A stretch of 64,000 nt of DNA from the human T2T-CHM13v2.0 reference genome, Homo sapiens (GCF_009914755.1 NC_060932.1); one strand, 5' to 3'. Shown: positions 30,471-45,576, counted from the stretch's first letter. The notes: generated by a model not told the origin, from the letters alone. Numbers and translations are program-made.

Positions 30471-32729
30471 CAAGAGGTTAAGAGAGTTTAAAAAATCCCA
30501 AATAATTGAATTATGGATTATTTAATTTCAGATATCTAAGCTTTATGACTTTGGGTGAGAAACAGAATTCTGTTTCATATTATCTATGCTCTCTTAAAAT
30601 AGACTAAGCTCTTTAAAATTTTATATTTAAGATATTCAGTCTTAATCTTGAATTCATATTGGAAAGGAAGTTTTTTTGTAGAATTATATTACATGTAAAT
30701 ATAAGCATTTAAAAGACATGTTTGGATTTTTATAAATTGTAATAATGTATTTTAAATCTATAGAATGTGACATAAGCCATTTAGTATCCCATAAATGTCC
30801 TATCTTTTCTTAACATCTGAGTTATTCTAAATGACCATTTGTAATTCTCTATATTTTTTAAGCCCAAAAATTCCACAAATGTATGATTTATGTTAGGTCT
30901 TCACAAATGTTTATAATTGCACTCTGAGATCTCTTAGTCTCACATCTTCCCCTTGACTGTGGTGCTGTCATATCTGAGTTCTCCATCACGGTTCACTCAG
31001 CAGTGATACAGCCCAGCTCCAATGCCAGCCCTCCTTAAAGCTTTTTCTCCTTTAACTGTTTGAAGGCACTACCTTCATAATACAGCAAGTCCTTGAATAA
31101 TTGTTAAGCTTTGGTCACCCCAAATCCCTGAAATGGTAGTTAGACTCTCTTTTGATGTGACACATAAAAATTCTTAGTTACCAATGACTTCTACCAAAAA
31201 AAGAATTTTATAAAATATTGAAGAATAAGCCCCAAATGTACCTGTGTTTCTAGTGTCATCTACAAGGGGATCTACAATGGTGCCATTTACTGAGATGAAG
31301 TTGTGCGTACTTTTTCAGCTTTGTGTATAATTGATTCATTAGGTTAGTGGTGTGGGAGATGATATAAGAACTAATGAAATATCATTTATACCCTCCACAT
31401 CTATACCCGAGGCAGGCAGGGGATCTGAACCCTGTAACTCACTCTTTCTACTCAGGTTCATTGTCCTGAGGCTGCTTTCAGGTTCTTTCTTCCAACCCAG
31501 CTCATTCTTTCTTGTTCTTTGTAGTCTGCTGAACTTCAGCTTCAATTCCTATTCTTATTTTCTCCAAGTTCTCCTGGGCTTCAAACTTTAGACCTTTCCT
31601 TATCTCTTGGCTCGTTCCCTACAGGGGTTTGACACCAACCCTTCTTTGCTCTGTGCCCTGAATGTGAGAGCTGGCCACACCTGCTCCAGCGCCCTGCCAC
31701 AGTGCTGAAGTTTAGCCCCATTGTTCAAAAGAATAAAACGCAGAGTGAGTTGAGGAGGATGATGTCTTTAGTCTGACAAGTTGATAATGGAATGCCCACA
31801 AGAATTCAACAATTAGCTCAGGAAGAAAGTCTGTGCTGGCAGTAAAGATGTGCCATATAGAGAAATAAAAATATCAAAGGTATGGGGTAGATTATCAAGA
31901 GAAGTATATCAAATGAGAAGAAAAGACAGCTCAACAAAGAGCCCTTGCCATTTCAGGAAAGGACCCCTATCCCTGCAAAAAAGGGAATTCCTGTGAAGGA
32001 GACAAAGGAGAACAGAAAAGAGAGGACAGCATTTCAGTAAAGTGGAATTGATAGTGTATCATCACAGAGAAATAAGTTAAGGACTAAACTTTTTACATTG
32101 CTGACTTAGAATAATTTTGGAGAAAGGATAAAGATAGAAATTATACTGATGTGCAGTGAGAAATATGTGGATGGTGGGGAAGGAACTTGTGATGAGGAAT
32201 CATTTACGCATTGGCTCAAGGAGCTGTCAATCTGAGGGACTGTGGGAAAATTCCTTAAACTTTCTCATCTATTTCCTCATCCACAAACTAAAGACATTAG
32301 AATAAGTCATCTTGGACCACCATTCTGCCTTAATATCTAATTATTCTGGGAATCTAAATTCTTAACAAGGAGCAAAATAGTAACAGGCTAAATTATACTT
32401 TATTGTCATCATAACATAAAAATGATATCTCTACAATTACATTCGCAAGTTTGTTCTGCCTTTAACCACCTGCAAGGAATATGGCGCTGCTTTGTTTTTG
32501 TTGCATCATTTGCATTGCTTCAGCAGTTCATGGCTGTCATAATTGACTTAAATTCCTAATTTGTTTTCATTGGTAAAAGGATGTGCCACATTATTTTGAA
32601 GCACTAATAAAAAGAAAACAAATAGAATAGGAAATGCACTACTTTTACAAATAGAAAGTTTGTTTTGAACATTAGGTTACTAAAGATTGCTTCTAAAACT
32701 TTTTTTTATAAATCTCTTTTAAATCCCAG

Positions 32730-32758
32730 GTATTGCAATTTCAGATGAACTCGATAAG
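32730..32758 (+). CDS. C8orf34: 29-nt coding microexon (phase 1-0) of C8orf34, encoding (S)IAISDELDK
   Basis: Polypyrimidine tract plus cccag| acceptor; AAG|gtaagt consensus donor; joined to 13524 gives LSR-S-IAISDELDK, matching the recalled C8orf34 protein. Confidence 0.88.
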
Positions 32759-33529
32759 GTAAGTTGAACTATACATCTGGTGAAAAGAAAATGTAGAACT
32801 TACCTTTTATTCCACTGTCTCAACATAAATAAATTTTCTGAAACATAAAATGTTCAAGTATAATTTATTTGGGCTAACATTTTAAAACTTTGAAAGTTAA
32901 ATGCATATTGTTTTATGAAAGCTATTCCATTAAATATATATATCACCTACTCTTTTGAGTCAAGGCCTTTAGAATTTGGTTAGAGAAAATGGAATCACTG
33001 TAATCACTGAATCACTATATTGCAAAATAACTCATAACACTATATTATGTAAATTATTTTATTCCACTTGTATCTAAATGATAATGATATGGAAAACATT
33101 GTATTTTTTGATAGCTCCTCTTTGGAAACCTTACCAATAAAGCTTTTTGTTTGTTTATTTTAATTTTCCGAGATGCCAAGAGACTATGATGGTACTTTGA
33201 AGTGGGGTAGTAGTTATGATGGTGGTGAGAAGTGGTGTGGTTAGAAATATATTTCTATAGTTGTGTCACTGGAACTTGCTAATGGATTGGATGTGGGGAA
33301 TTGCAGAACAAATCAGTCAATGATGGATTGCTAGGTTTGGGAGATGAGCAACTAGGTCAATTGTGGTACTGCTTACTAAAATTAGAAAAACTAGGAAAAA
33401 ATCAAATTTGTCAGGTTTGGATAACATTAAGAGTTCTCATTTAGATTGTTTATTTTGAATTGCCTATTAAACATGTTTATATGAGTTGTTGCTTATGAGA
33501 GAGATTTGATTTATAACTAAACATATTCT

Positions 33530-33985
33530 CATTTTTCTAGTCTCAAAAGCCCTTTACATTGTTAAAAATTGGAGAGGACCCCAAAGAGTCTTGATTTATA
33601 AAGATTATATCTATCAATATTAGATTCTTGTGTTGATAATATATTGATATTAGATATCTAAACGTTAAAAATTTAAACTGATAACGAATTTACGTTTTTT
33701 TTTTTAAATAGCAGTGATTAAACCATTACCTTAACACAAATAACAGTTTTAGGAAAAATACTTTTATTTTCTAAAACAAGATGTTAGTAAGAAATTTGCA
33801 TTGTTTACATTTTGAAAATCTCTTTAATGTATGGCTTAATTGAAAACTGCTACATTTTCATATCTGCTTCTGCATTCAATCTGTTGTGATATGTTGTTTT
33901 GGCTGAAAAATCTCTAACATCAGATGTGTAGCTGGAAAGAGAGAAGCACATAGAAATAGCCATCATCAATATTTGGTGAACACTG
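33530..33985. mobile_element. Charlie1-like hAT element
   Basis: gaggaccccaaagag and atctgcttctgcattcaatctgttgtgatatgttgttttgg motifs. Confidence 0.65.
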
Positions 33986-34071
33986 CTCTAGATATCTTTT
34001 GAGACAGAAAATATATTGAAATTTGGCTTGGGGGCTAGATAGATACATAAAAAATGATAGAAAGTATTGTA

Positions 34072-34426
34072 CAGGTTGCATACACCTCATCCAAAATACT
34101 TGGGGCAAGAAATGTTTTGAATTTCAGGTGTTTTTTTGGATTTTGGAACACTCATATATACACAAAGAGATATCATGGGGCTGGGACCAAAGTCTAAAAC
34201 AAAATTCATTTGTGTTTCATATACATTTTATACACATCACCTGGAGATAATTTTATGCAATATTCTTAGTAATTTTGTGCATGAAACAAAGTCTTGACTG
34301 GATTTTGACTGCGACTCATCACACGAGGTCAAGTATAAAATGTTCTATTTGTGACATCGTGTCGATGCTCAAAAAGTTTCAGATTTTGGAGCATTTCAGA
34401 TTTTCAAATTAGGGATGCTCAACCTC
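34072..34426. mobile_element. Tigger4/MER46-like TcMar MITE
   Basis: Terminal inverted repeats caggttgcatac... / ...gatgctcaacctc flanked by TA dinucleotides. Confidence 0.8.
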
Positions 34427-36023
34427 TACAAAAAATGGTATCATATAAATCCTGACATTTTAAAACAATAAGCTACTCTGTAATAATTGTATTATTTTTA
34501 CAAAAACCACAAAGCTAGTATCCTATTCCAAATATAATACAACACCTTTTGGATTTTGTACCAGAAGAATGTATTTCTGACTCACTAAAAAAATATAATT
34601 TATGAATATATTCTTAAATATCTATTTCCTTTAATAAACAAACCATCATAATATTTTAGAATTAGTTTCATTGTCATCTGTACCGACTCCAGGCAGAACT
34701 CCATGTTGACCATACTCAATGGCAAGTGCATAAGTGGTAGGCATGGCTTTCCGGCCTTGTTCTGCTTTTCTAGTCCCCCCTCTGTGTGCCTGTCATTGTC
34801 TCACCCCAGCTGGTCTCCTTCTTATGCCATGAGTTTCCTTACAGTTTGCAGAAATGTAATAATTCCTCCTCTTGCAGTTATGGTCTATGTTCATTTTAAG
34901 TACTAAGATATAACCATCACCATTTCTAGGTTCATTTGCTCTTTCTAATACATTCTGCAAAACCCTGGCTGCCTGAGCCATAAATTAGCTCGTATGCGGT
35001 TGTTACTGTGCTTGGCTCTTGTCCTTCTCTTTTTTTCTGAGCTCTGACTTGCAGCGGCTTTGGTGTCCACACCTTTGTTGATGAGCTAAAGAATTTTAAC
35101 TGTTCTTGGAACTGAAACAGATATAACCCTCACAGGATAAATTATGGATGCCCTGACACCCAGTTAAGTGTCAGCCTCAGGACATGGCCTTCTCCCTCAC
35201 ACCCTCTCTCTTCCCGGCAGTAGCTCAGGGGAATATCCATTTAACTAAATTCTATGACACTGCTGATTTTCATTTACTTACCTAATATTCCTGTTTTTTG
35301 AAGACTTTGTGGAAACTGCTGAATTTTATTGCACATTTATTATTTTTCATTTTTATTGAGGAAGATGCCAAAAGTTGTCATAAATAACTTTTCACTTAAA
35401 AAAAATTTCAGTGAAAAAAAAAATCGACCCCACTTTTGCATCTGATTTTTGGAGTGCTAGATAACAGAAAGGAGTCACAGGCTTCCAGAGCCATTGCCAC
35501 CATTCTTTGCCTGTCTGGCAGTCACCCTTGGAGGAGCAGGAGAGCCTGTCCCATAGCACCCTCTGGTGACCATGAAGCTCACAGTCCTGAATTTTCCTGA
35601 ATAAGAAAAAGTGAATCTCAGGGAGGCAGCCACTGAAAAACAGCCAATCGGAATGGTTTGCAGTTAGTATTCACCTGGTACCTATGTCTTTAATGTAACA
35701 GTAAATATAGCTTCTTCCTTTTACTCTTCCCTTAACAATTTTGGGGATTCACTAAATATATGTTTTTCCCAACCTTTATAAAATATGGAATTTTTTAACC
35801 ATCATTTTCTAATTCAGTTATAATTTCATTGAAATCATTTCTTCATGGCCTTTTACATTACTTTGTGAACTCTGAGAAAGGTAATAAGAATCATTAATTC
35901 TATTTAAAATAAAGAAATAAAATGAAACAGAGGTTATTATTTTTTAAGCTTTTTTTTTTTTAAGTTGTGGGAATTCCATCAATTCCTTTGTCACTAACGT
36001 TTTTCTTTCTCTTCGATGACTAC

Positions 36024-36530
36024 TGTATTGGCTTTCGATTGCTGCTGTGACACTTTAAAGCAACACAAATTTATTATCTTACAGCTCTGTAGTTTCAAAG
36101 TTGAACATGAGTTTCCCTGAGCTAAACAAAGTCAAGGTGTAATCAGGGCTGCCTTCCTTCCATTCCAGGGGAAATCTGTTTGCTCACCTTTTCAAGCTTC
36201 TAGGGCTGCCTGTATTCCTTTAGTGCATGGCCCCCTTGTTATCCCTTTAAAACCAGCAACATCTCTTCTGTCTCTAACTTCAGCCAGGAACAACTCTCCC
36301 TATTTATGGAATTATGTTAGGTTGAGGCCACCTGGCTAATGCAGATAATCTCTTCATCTCAAGATCTTTAATCTTAATCATGCAAAGTCCTTTTGCATAT
36401 TCATGCAAATGTAATTATGAAACTAATTACATATAGAAATGTAAATATTAATTCATTTGTAATGGAACATATTCACAGGTTTCGGGTATTAGGACATGAA
36501 CATCTCTGGGAAGTCGTGATTCTGCCCACA
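36024..36530 (-). mobile_element. MLT1C/D-type LTR
   Basis: ttaaagcaacacaaatttattatcttacagctctg...attcacaggtttcgggtattaggacatg. Confidence 0.7.
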
Positions 36531-36915
36531 CTGCCACTATCCAAGTTCAAATGGTAGTACCTTTTATATCTGTATGTGGTTCTTCAAGCTCCCATGATTC
36601 CAATTCATCCTTCAAAATGCCACATAGTAGACATGATTGGTGCCTGCCCAGTTTCCCTCCAGTAGGGTGGTGTGACCTATCCTTCAGCTGCTATGAGTGT
36701 TGGGTGTTTACACGCTTCTTTCCTCATCTTCTCCTGGCTCCCTCATTCTTTTATAGGTTTCACTTGAGAGAACTCCTCAATAAATCACTTTCTCAGCATC
36801 TCATTCTAGGGAACCCTACCTAAGACATGCCACAAGAAGATTCTTCCTAAAGCAAAATCTTATTGAAATTTTTTTCTTGACTCTCTAGTATCTACCAAAT
36901 TAAGCCCAAATTTCT

Positions 36916-37230
36916 TTTTTAGCCATTTTTCTTTTATTTATTTTATTTTTAATGGAGATGGGGTCTCGCTTTGTCACCCAGGCTGGTGTGCAGTGCTGCG
37001 ATCATAGCTCACTGCAATCTCGATCTCCTGGGCTCAAATGACCCTCCCACCTCAGCCTCTTGAGTAGCTGGGACTACAAACGTGTGCCACCATGCCTGGC
37101 TAATTTTTTAATTTTTTTAGAGACAGGGTCTTACTATGTTGCTCAAGCTTGTCTCAAACTCCCGGCCTTAAGCAATCCTTCCTTCTCAGCCTCCCAAGGG
37201 ATTTTGTGCATGAGCCACCATGCCAGGCTC
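36916..37230 (-). mobile_element. AluJ
   Basis: Diverged dimer with gatcatagctcactgca; TSD aagcccaaatttct/aagtccagatttct. Confidence 0.9.
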
Positions 37231-37894
37231 AAGTCCAGATTTCTAAGACTAGAATTAACAGTCTCCATGTTGTGGCTGACATCTATCTCTTATGCTTGAT
37301 TTCCTTCTTTTTTCCATCCAAACTGTATTGCACTCCACAAGAAATAGGGTAAAGTAGCCAGAAGACAGTACTTCTAGGTCATAGTTTTATTTATTTTCAC
37401 ATTTTTGTTCATGTCATTCCCTTTTCTTTCTCTGGCTGTGATCCCTCCTTTAAGTTCCAGCCTCCCTAGTCAGCCCTGCAGAAAGTGTGCTCACCCACCG
37501 AGATCCTTTAGCGAGCACAGTGACTGCATCACAAATGACAGAGTTTTTGTTCACTGCTTCAAGAAGTAGCCCAGTATTCTGAAAAAATCCACAGAAAGGC
37601 TTTGGATTGAATGTCGGCACCTGCCATTTACTAACTACATAGCCTTCAGGAGGTTACTTCCAGATGCTGAAATTTAGTTACCTTCTCTGTAAAATGTAGA
37701 TGGTTTTAGTGACTATTAAAACTAACGTTAATTTCCCATGGAAAGTAATTTAAACTAAAATATCCACAATATAAAATATTTCCAAGAAGTATATGGGAAA
37801 GTATTTCAAAGGGAAGAGAATGGAGGATCACTATAACCTCCTGCTGAAAAAGATGCTGTATAATGTAGGCATTGATACCCTCAAAATATCATTA

Positions 37895-39265
37895 CACTTC
37901 CGTGCATCAAAGGACACAACACTCACAAATTACACATCTGATAAGAAGTTAGTGTCCAGAATATATGAATAACTCCTATAACTCAACAACAAAAACTAAT
38001 TAATTAAAAATGGGCAAAGGATTGAGTAGACATTTCTCCAAAGATGATGTACAGATGACCAACAAGCATCTGAAAAGATGCTCCATATCACTAATCACCA
38101 GAGGGAAAAAAACACGATGAGATACCCTCTGAGACCCATTAGGATGGCCACTATCAGAAAACAAACAAACAAAATGAAAAAATAGCAAGTGTTTGTGAGG
38201 ATATGGAGAAAGTGGGACTTTGTGCACTGTTTGTGGGAATGTAAAATGGTGCAGCTACTATGGAAAATAGTATAGCAGTTCCTTAAAAAGTTAAAAATAA
38301 AATACCATCTGTTATGGTTTGAATGTTTGTATCTTTCCAAAATTCATATTGACATGTAATCCCCAATGTAAGAGCATTAAGAAGCAGGGTCTTTAGGAGG
38401 CGATTAGGCCATGAGGGATCCACCCTCATAAATGAGATTAGTGCCTTTATGAAAGGGCTTGAGGAAACCTGTTTGGTTTTTCTGCTTCCTCTCCACCATG
38501 TGAGCATGTAGCAAGATGGCACCAACTCAGAGACAAAGGGCGTGCTCTTACCTTCAGATTCAGACACTGAATCTGCTAGCACCTTGATCTGGACTTCCCA
38601 GTTTCCAAAATTGTAACAAATAAATTTATGTTATTTATACATGACCTAGTTCAAGTTATTTTGTTATAGCAGCAGGAATGAACTAAGATACCATATTATG
38701 AAGCCATCCCACTTCTAAGTATATATCCAAAAGAACTAAGAGCAAGATCTATAGGAAATAATTGGACACCCATGTTCATAGCAGCATTATTCACAATGAC
38801 CAAGAGGTGAAAGCAACCCAATGTTCACTGACAGATGAATGGATAAACAAAATGCAGTATATACATATATACATACAATGGAATAGTGTTCAGCCTTCAA
38901 AAAGAAGGTAATAGTGTTCCATACTACAACATGGATGAACCTTGAGGAACTTATGCTAAGTGAAATAAGCCAGTCATAAAAAGACAAATACTGCATGATT
39001 CTACTTATATGAAGTATTTAGAGTAATCCGATTTACAGAAACAGTGTAACAGTGGTTGTCATGAGCTGAGGGGAAGGGGAAATGGGAAGTTATTGTTTAA
39101 TGAGTGTAGAGTTTCATTTTGCAAGGTGAAAGATGTCTGCCCAACATTGGTTCGCACAGAGATTGGCTGCACAACAACATAAATAAACTTAACATAGTTG
39201 AACTGTACACTAAAAATGGTTAAGATGGTGAATTTTATGTTATGATTTTTCTGTAACTAAAAAAT
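37895..39265 (+). mobile_element. L1MB-type 3' portion, split by a MaLR LTR
   Basis: ORF2 C-terminus and 3'UTR motifs (tagacatttctccaaagatgat; aactgtacactaaaaatggttaagatgg). Confidence 0.8.
38310..38690 (+). mobile_element. MSTD/MLT1A-type solo LTR nested in L1MB
   Basis: tgttatggtttgaatgtttgt...aactaagata; TSD ccatc/ccata. Confidence 0.8.
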
Positions 39266-39276
39266 ATAGTCTTTTA

Positions 39277-39642
<366 letters not shown>

Positions 39643-39999
39643 TTGTGTGCGTGTATATGTATATATTCTTTATAACATCAGTACATTCACAGGAGCTCTT
39701 AGAATAGTGTCTACTGACCTAGGCAGATGTCATAAAGCAAAAGTAAACTTCAGTTAGAACAATTCCCCCGGAGGTCTCAATAGCGAAGTACAGGACAGTC
39801 CTCCCTGATGTTCTAGCTTTAGTGTGGGGTATATTTTAGAGTACTTAGAGCAATAGGCAGTCTGTATATCTTTTAGATAACTCATCAGAAATACTGCTAT
39901 CTTTAGCTCTTATTACATGTTGAGTGGTAGTGAGTCTGTTTCTAGTCCTTGAAACTTTAAATAGACATGTAACAATAATATATATATATATATAATAAC

Positions 40000-41190
40000 A
40001 ATGTACTATTTAGTGCATACTAAATTCTAGACCTTGGACTAAGCATTTTATATAGATTATGCCATTTTATCTTAATAAACATAGTTAACATTTATTGAGA
40101 ACTTACTATATGCCAGATAGCATTCTACATTATTTGCTTGCATTATCTCATTTAGTATTTACTAATATCTTGGGAAATAGGGAGTATTATCCACATTTGA
40201 CAGGTGAGGAAATTAAGATCCAGAGGTTAATAAACTTAGCAGAAGTCACATAAAAAGAAAATAGAAGTGGAGCACAAATCAAAGCCAGTTAGCTCCAGAG
40301 CCTATGGCTCTTAACAATTATATCATATTTATGAGACAGGTGCTATTATTCACCAGTTTAACAGATGGAATAACAGAAGCACTTGGAGTTTTATAAACTC
40401 CTCTTTGTCACATAGTAAGTGGAGGAGCTAGAACTGAAACCCAGGCAGTTTAACAGACCAGAGTCTACACTCTCAATCTGTGCAATTGGTTATGTCATTA
40501 CATTTCCTATCTTTGTGCCTAGTGCAGAGTAATTATTCAATTAATAATTGCTATGTTTATTACTAGAAACTTTTTGTCCACAATGGGTACTATTGTATAG
40601 CCCACGCTAAGCTTTTGGTAAATAATTACTGGGTAAATAACTAGCCAGAAATTACTAAAAGTTTATTTTTCTGTTTATGTTGTTCTGTCTTTTGTGGCCT
40701 TTTGCTGGTTTTCCTACCACAAGACATTTTCTTTGTTATTCTATTACATTAAGAGCTCTGGTTGTTTTTATAAAGTAGTTAAGAGAGTTAAGACAGAATA
40801 ATGTCTTAAAAAGAAGACTTTTTCCTCTTAAGAAATAGACTTCAGATAGTATAATGTTCATGCTCACAAAAATTGCTTTACCATGCAAGATAAATATATA
40901 TGAGACCATGTAATAGACTCAATAGACAGTTCATGAAGACTGTATTTATCAAGCACGTAGTGTGACAGGCAGTGTGCTGAGTGCTTTGAGGACACATTCT
41001 CACTTATACTCATAACAACCCCATGAGAAAGCTCTCATGATCTCCATTTTACACATAAGAAAATGAAAGCCCAGAGATTTTGCTGAGTTGAGCAAATTTA
41101 AGAGAGAGGTAATATAATGCACAATTCAAATTTGAGCATAAATTTACCTTCAAAACTCATTTACTTAATTGCTATGTAATCTTGCCTTTC
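40000..41190. mobile_element. Cluster of MIR fragments
   Basis: MIR core motifs (acaggtgaggaaattaagatccagaggttaa; acaaccccatgag...ccattttacacataagaaaatgaaagcccagag); boundaries approximate. Confidence 0.6.
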
Positions 41191-42472
41191 TAAAAAGTTA
41201 GGAAGCTCAAGGAGGGCCTATTTTAAGTTGCTTCACACTGGCTATATGTGCACCATTGACATCAGCTGTAGACAGTGTGCCACGGGCTGTCAGGCCGCTT
41301 GACGCTTGCCTCACTAAGTACACCCATGGAAGGGGCAAAATCTTAACTCCTTCCAAGTAAGAATGTCTTTTCACCAGATAGCTTTGTTTTGCTATTCACT
41401 TTCTATTTCTGTTTATTTCTCCCCAGGCAGACAAATCTGAGTTTTATTGCTTTTTTTGGTCAGTAATTGGAGAATGTTCTGGGGATTTCCTATAACAAGC
41501 AGAGCATACTGAAATTGCTGTGATCCTGTTGTCTTGCTTCTGTGTTCCAGAATCTCTTGCCTACTCACATGTGACCTACATGTGCATTATATGATATTTT
41601 GGGCAGTAGGAAAATATCTGTAGAGCTGCTTTATATGCTATGTTGGTCGTATGTTTGATGTTTATCAGGTAAAATTTCTAATACTAAGAAAGATAGCCAT
41701 GTAAACTTCACTCTAAGTTCTCTCAGCATGGTTGTGGTCCATGTTTGTCTTAAAAATGTGGCCCATGTTTGTCTCTCAAAAATAAAACTTGGAAAGTGAC
41801 AACCCAAGAAAAATATTTTCAGTTTATATCACAGACAGAACTTAATATTTCTAATTGTAGGGAGCTTCTAAAAACAGAGAATAAAAGACCTAAATTCCAT
41901 ATAAGCCATGTAAATTCCAAATGAGCCATATAAGGAGGTTGTTTATAGAAAAAAATCCTCTTAACTACATAAAAAGATGCTCAGCTTTGCTCAAAACGAG
42001 ATAAATGCAAATTAAACATTACTGCTTACCTGGCAGATTAACAAAAATCCCCATTTGTCAGATACTCTGTTGGTGAGGCACTGGAAACACAGACAATTTC
42101 ACACATTGCTAGTGGGAATGCAAAATGCTACAAACACTATGCAGGGAAATTTTACAATATCTAGTACATTATATGTGCAATTATTCTTTGATGAAATGAT
42201 CCTATCTCTATGAATCTATTCCAAAGACACACTAGCAAAAATACAAAAAGACCTATATCTGTGGCTGTACCTTGTCATACTATTTTAATAACAAAAGAGT
42301 AGAAAAACCAAAGTGTCCATTAAAATAAAAATACTGGATAATTACAGTATATCCATACAAGACAGTACTATACAGCTATACAAATGAAAGGATATCTCTA
42401 TGGATTAAGGAATGACCCCTGGGATAATATATTGCTAAATGAAAAAAGGAAGGGAGAGAAATGTGTTCTTAG

Positions 42473-42882
<410 letters not shown>

Positions 42883-43632
42883 TAAAATACACACACCCAC
42901 ATGCATATGCACACACATCAAATTGTTTTTAAAAGTTGCCTATGGCAGAAGAGATGGTATGGGGGTAGAAATAAAGAAAGGTAAAGAGAGGAGAAGATAG
43001 GGATAGAAGCTTGCCCTCTTAGAATTTTGAATATTTGACTTTGGAACAACTTAAATATTAAATCTTAAAACAGTAATTTATTATTATCCAAAACAAAATG
43101 AAACAAGTGAGCACAACTGCATTTCAATTTTTTGGCATAAACATGCTGAGATGAATTACTCTAAGCCATTATCGATAGTGATTTGATTGTCTATAGTGGG
43201 AGGTACTCTAAGGACAGGGAGAACAGCACCACAGTCTGAAAGTGTTTTTAGTAATCGTGTTGTTAATGATAGTGCTGATATAATTATAATGAGACTGTTG
43301 TGTATGCTTTGCGTGATATACAGAAGAAGTAATTATGTTGGTATCTTTAAGAACTAGAATTTTTGGCATGGGGAAAAGAAATATATATAATGTAAGGTCC
43401 ATAAATTTAAGTAAAAATATTATAATCCTGATTTCAAATCAGAAATATCATTAAGAACCCAGTATTTTTTCTTTTAAAAAATAAAATGCACATTCTAGTG
43501 GCTGTCAGCACAACTAGAGCCCAGAGATTGTTTTCTAAATAGCATTTGCTTTTAAAAGGAATCAAGTCTCCTTGGAGAAATGGCTGAATCTGGGACTGTA
43601 CTAAGAAAGCACAAGTTGAGTCTGGAATATCT

Positions 43633-43985
43633 TTTTTTAAAAATCACTTCAGGGGGTGCATGTGCAGGTTTGTTATGTGAGTGTATTGCGTGAAACTGAG
43701 GTTTGGGGTATGAAAGATCCCATCAACCAGGTAGTGAACATAGTATCCAATGAGTAGTTTTTCAGCCCTTGCCCCTCTCTTTCTCTCCCCACTCTAATAG
43801 TTCCCAGTATCTGTTGTTCCCATCTTTATGGCCATGTGTGACTAATGCTTAGCTCCCACTTGTAAGTGAGAACATGTGGTATTTGGTTATCTGTTCCTGC
43901 ATTGATTCGCTTAGGATAATGGCCTCCAGCTGCATCCATGTTGTTGCAAAGGACAAGATTTTGTTCTTTTATATGGCTGCATAGT
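43633..43985 (-). mobile_element. 5'-truncated L1PA15/16 3' end
   Basis: cagggggtgcatgtgcaggtttgttat... 3'UTR; TSD tggaatatcttt/tggaatattttt. Confidence 0.85.
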
Positions 43986-44511
43986 TGGAATATTTTTTAG
44001 TGCCAGAAATCAAAGATACATTCAAATAATGATGGGACTTGTCAAAAGGACACAGGGGCCAGATTATCCTGGCTTCTCCTGGCAAAATCTGGGAAAATTC
44101 AAGCATAAAAATAAATAATAATGGAAATGTGTTATAGCCCATTAAATACAATAATAATCCGTATGTCCATACTGATATACATAAAGCCGTACATCCATGC
44201 ATTAGGTGAAGGAGGATGCATAGTACACTACCAACAAGTAAATTTAGAAGGAATGATGGAATTAGAAAGCCACAAATTGGCAACCGTCATAGTAGTTGAT
44301 GCAGTCAGGTGTCAGCAAAGGATGTTAAAATTCGTAGGTAAAATTTTGGTGAATTCCAGGATATTCCCCAGAAGATACTTGTTAATTAACAAAAGGAGCA
44401 ACTTTTCACTGGAGAAACCTGGAAGATACCACCTGAACCAGGTGATCAAGGTTAATACCTTCAGTGAGAGGAAAAATCAACATCATGTGTCTTTTGATGT
44501 GAAAAGAATAT

Positions 44512-44914
44512 TGATATAGGATGTTTGTCTCCTCCAAATCTCATGTTGAAATGTAATCCCCAGTGTTGGAGGTGGGGCCTGGTGGGAGGTGATTGGATTG
44601 GGGGCGGATCCCTCATGAATGGTTTAGCACCGTTCCCTTGATGATGTTAGTTCTTGTTCAGTTAGTTCATGTGAGATCTGGTTGTTTAAAAGTATGTGCG
44701 ACCATCCTCCTCACTCTCTTTCTCCCACTCTGGCCATTTGAAATGGTGGCTCTGCATAGCCTTCAGCCATGACTCCTGAAGACTTCACCAGAAGCAGATG
44801 CCAGCACCATGGTTCCTATGCAGCCTGCAGAACCATGAGCCAATTAAACCTCTTCTTAAAATAAATTACCTAGACTCAGGTATACCTTTATAGTAACAAA
44901 AATGGCCTAACAGA
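44512..44914 (+). mobile_element. MSTB-like solo LTR
   Basis: tccaaatctcatgttgaaatgtaatccccagtg...; perfect TSD aatat at 44507-44511 and 44915-44919. Confidence 0.85.
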
Positions 44915-45576
44915 AATATATCACTTCTGTGTTATTCTTTCCAAAGTGCATACTTGAATATAATCATAAGGAAACATTGGAAAACACCAGTTGAGGGACC
45001 TTCTAAAAAATAACTGGCCCATACTTTTCAAAAACATGAAGGTCATAGATCAAAGAAAGCCTGAAAACTTTCAGGTTAAAGGAGATTTTTTAAAATGACA
45101 GTTGAATGCCACGTGGGATCCAGGATATTCTTTTACCATGAACAACAGTATTCTGATAATTGGGGAAATTTAAACAAGGTTGGTGCATTAGTATTGTATT
45201 ATTATACTTTGACCATATAAGAAAATGTCCTATATGCTAAAGTGTTTAGGGACAAAGGAGCATCATATCTGCAACTTACTTTCCAGTGGTTCTGAGGAAA
45301 TTTTATATGTAAAGAAGAGAACCCTCACCCACACACATCCACACTCACACCCACCCAGCCCTCAACACACACACACAGATGAGAGAGAAAAAAATGGTAG
45401 GGCAAAGTGTCAACCAAAATAGTAATTCAAAATACGAACCAACAGTGTTGACATTATTACATTAACCATTAACATTCGGGCAAATCAGGGGAAGAGTATA
45501 CAGAATTTTTTTTTCTTTTTGCAACTTTTCTGGAAGTCTGAATTATATTAAAAAATTTTTAAAATAGATACTTCTC

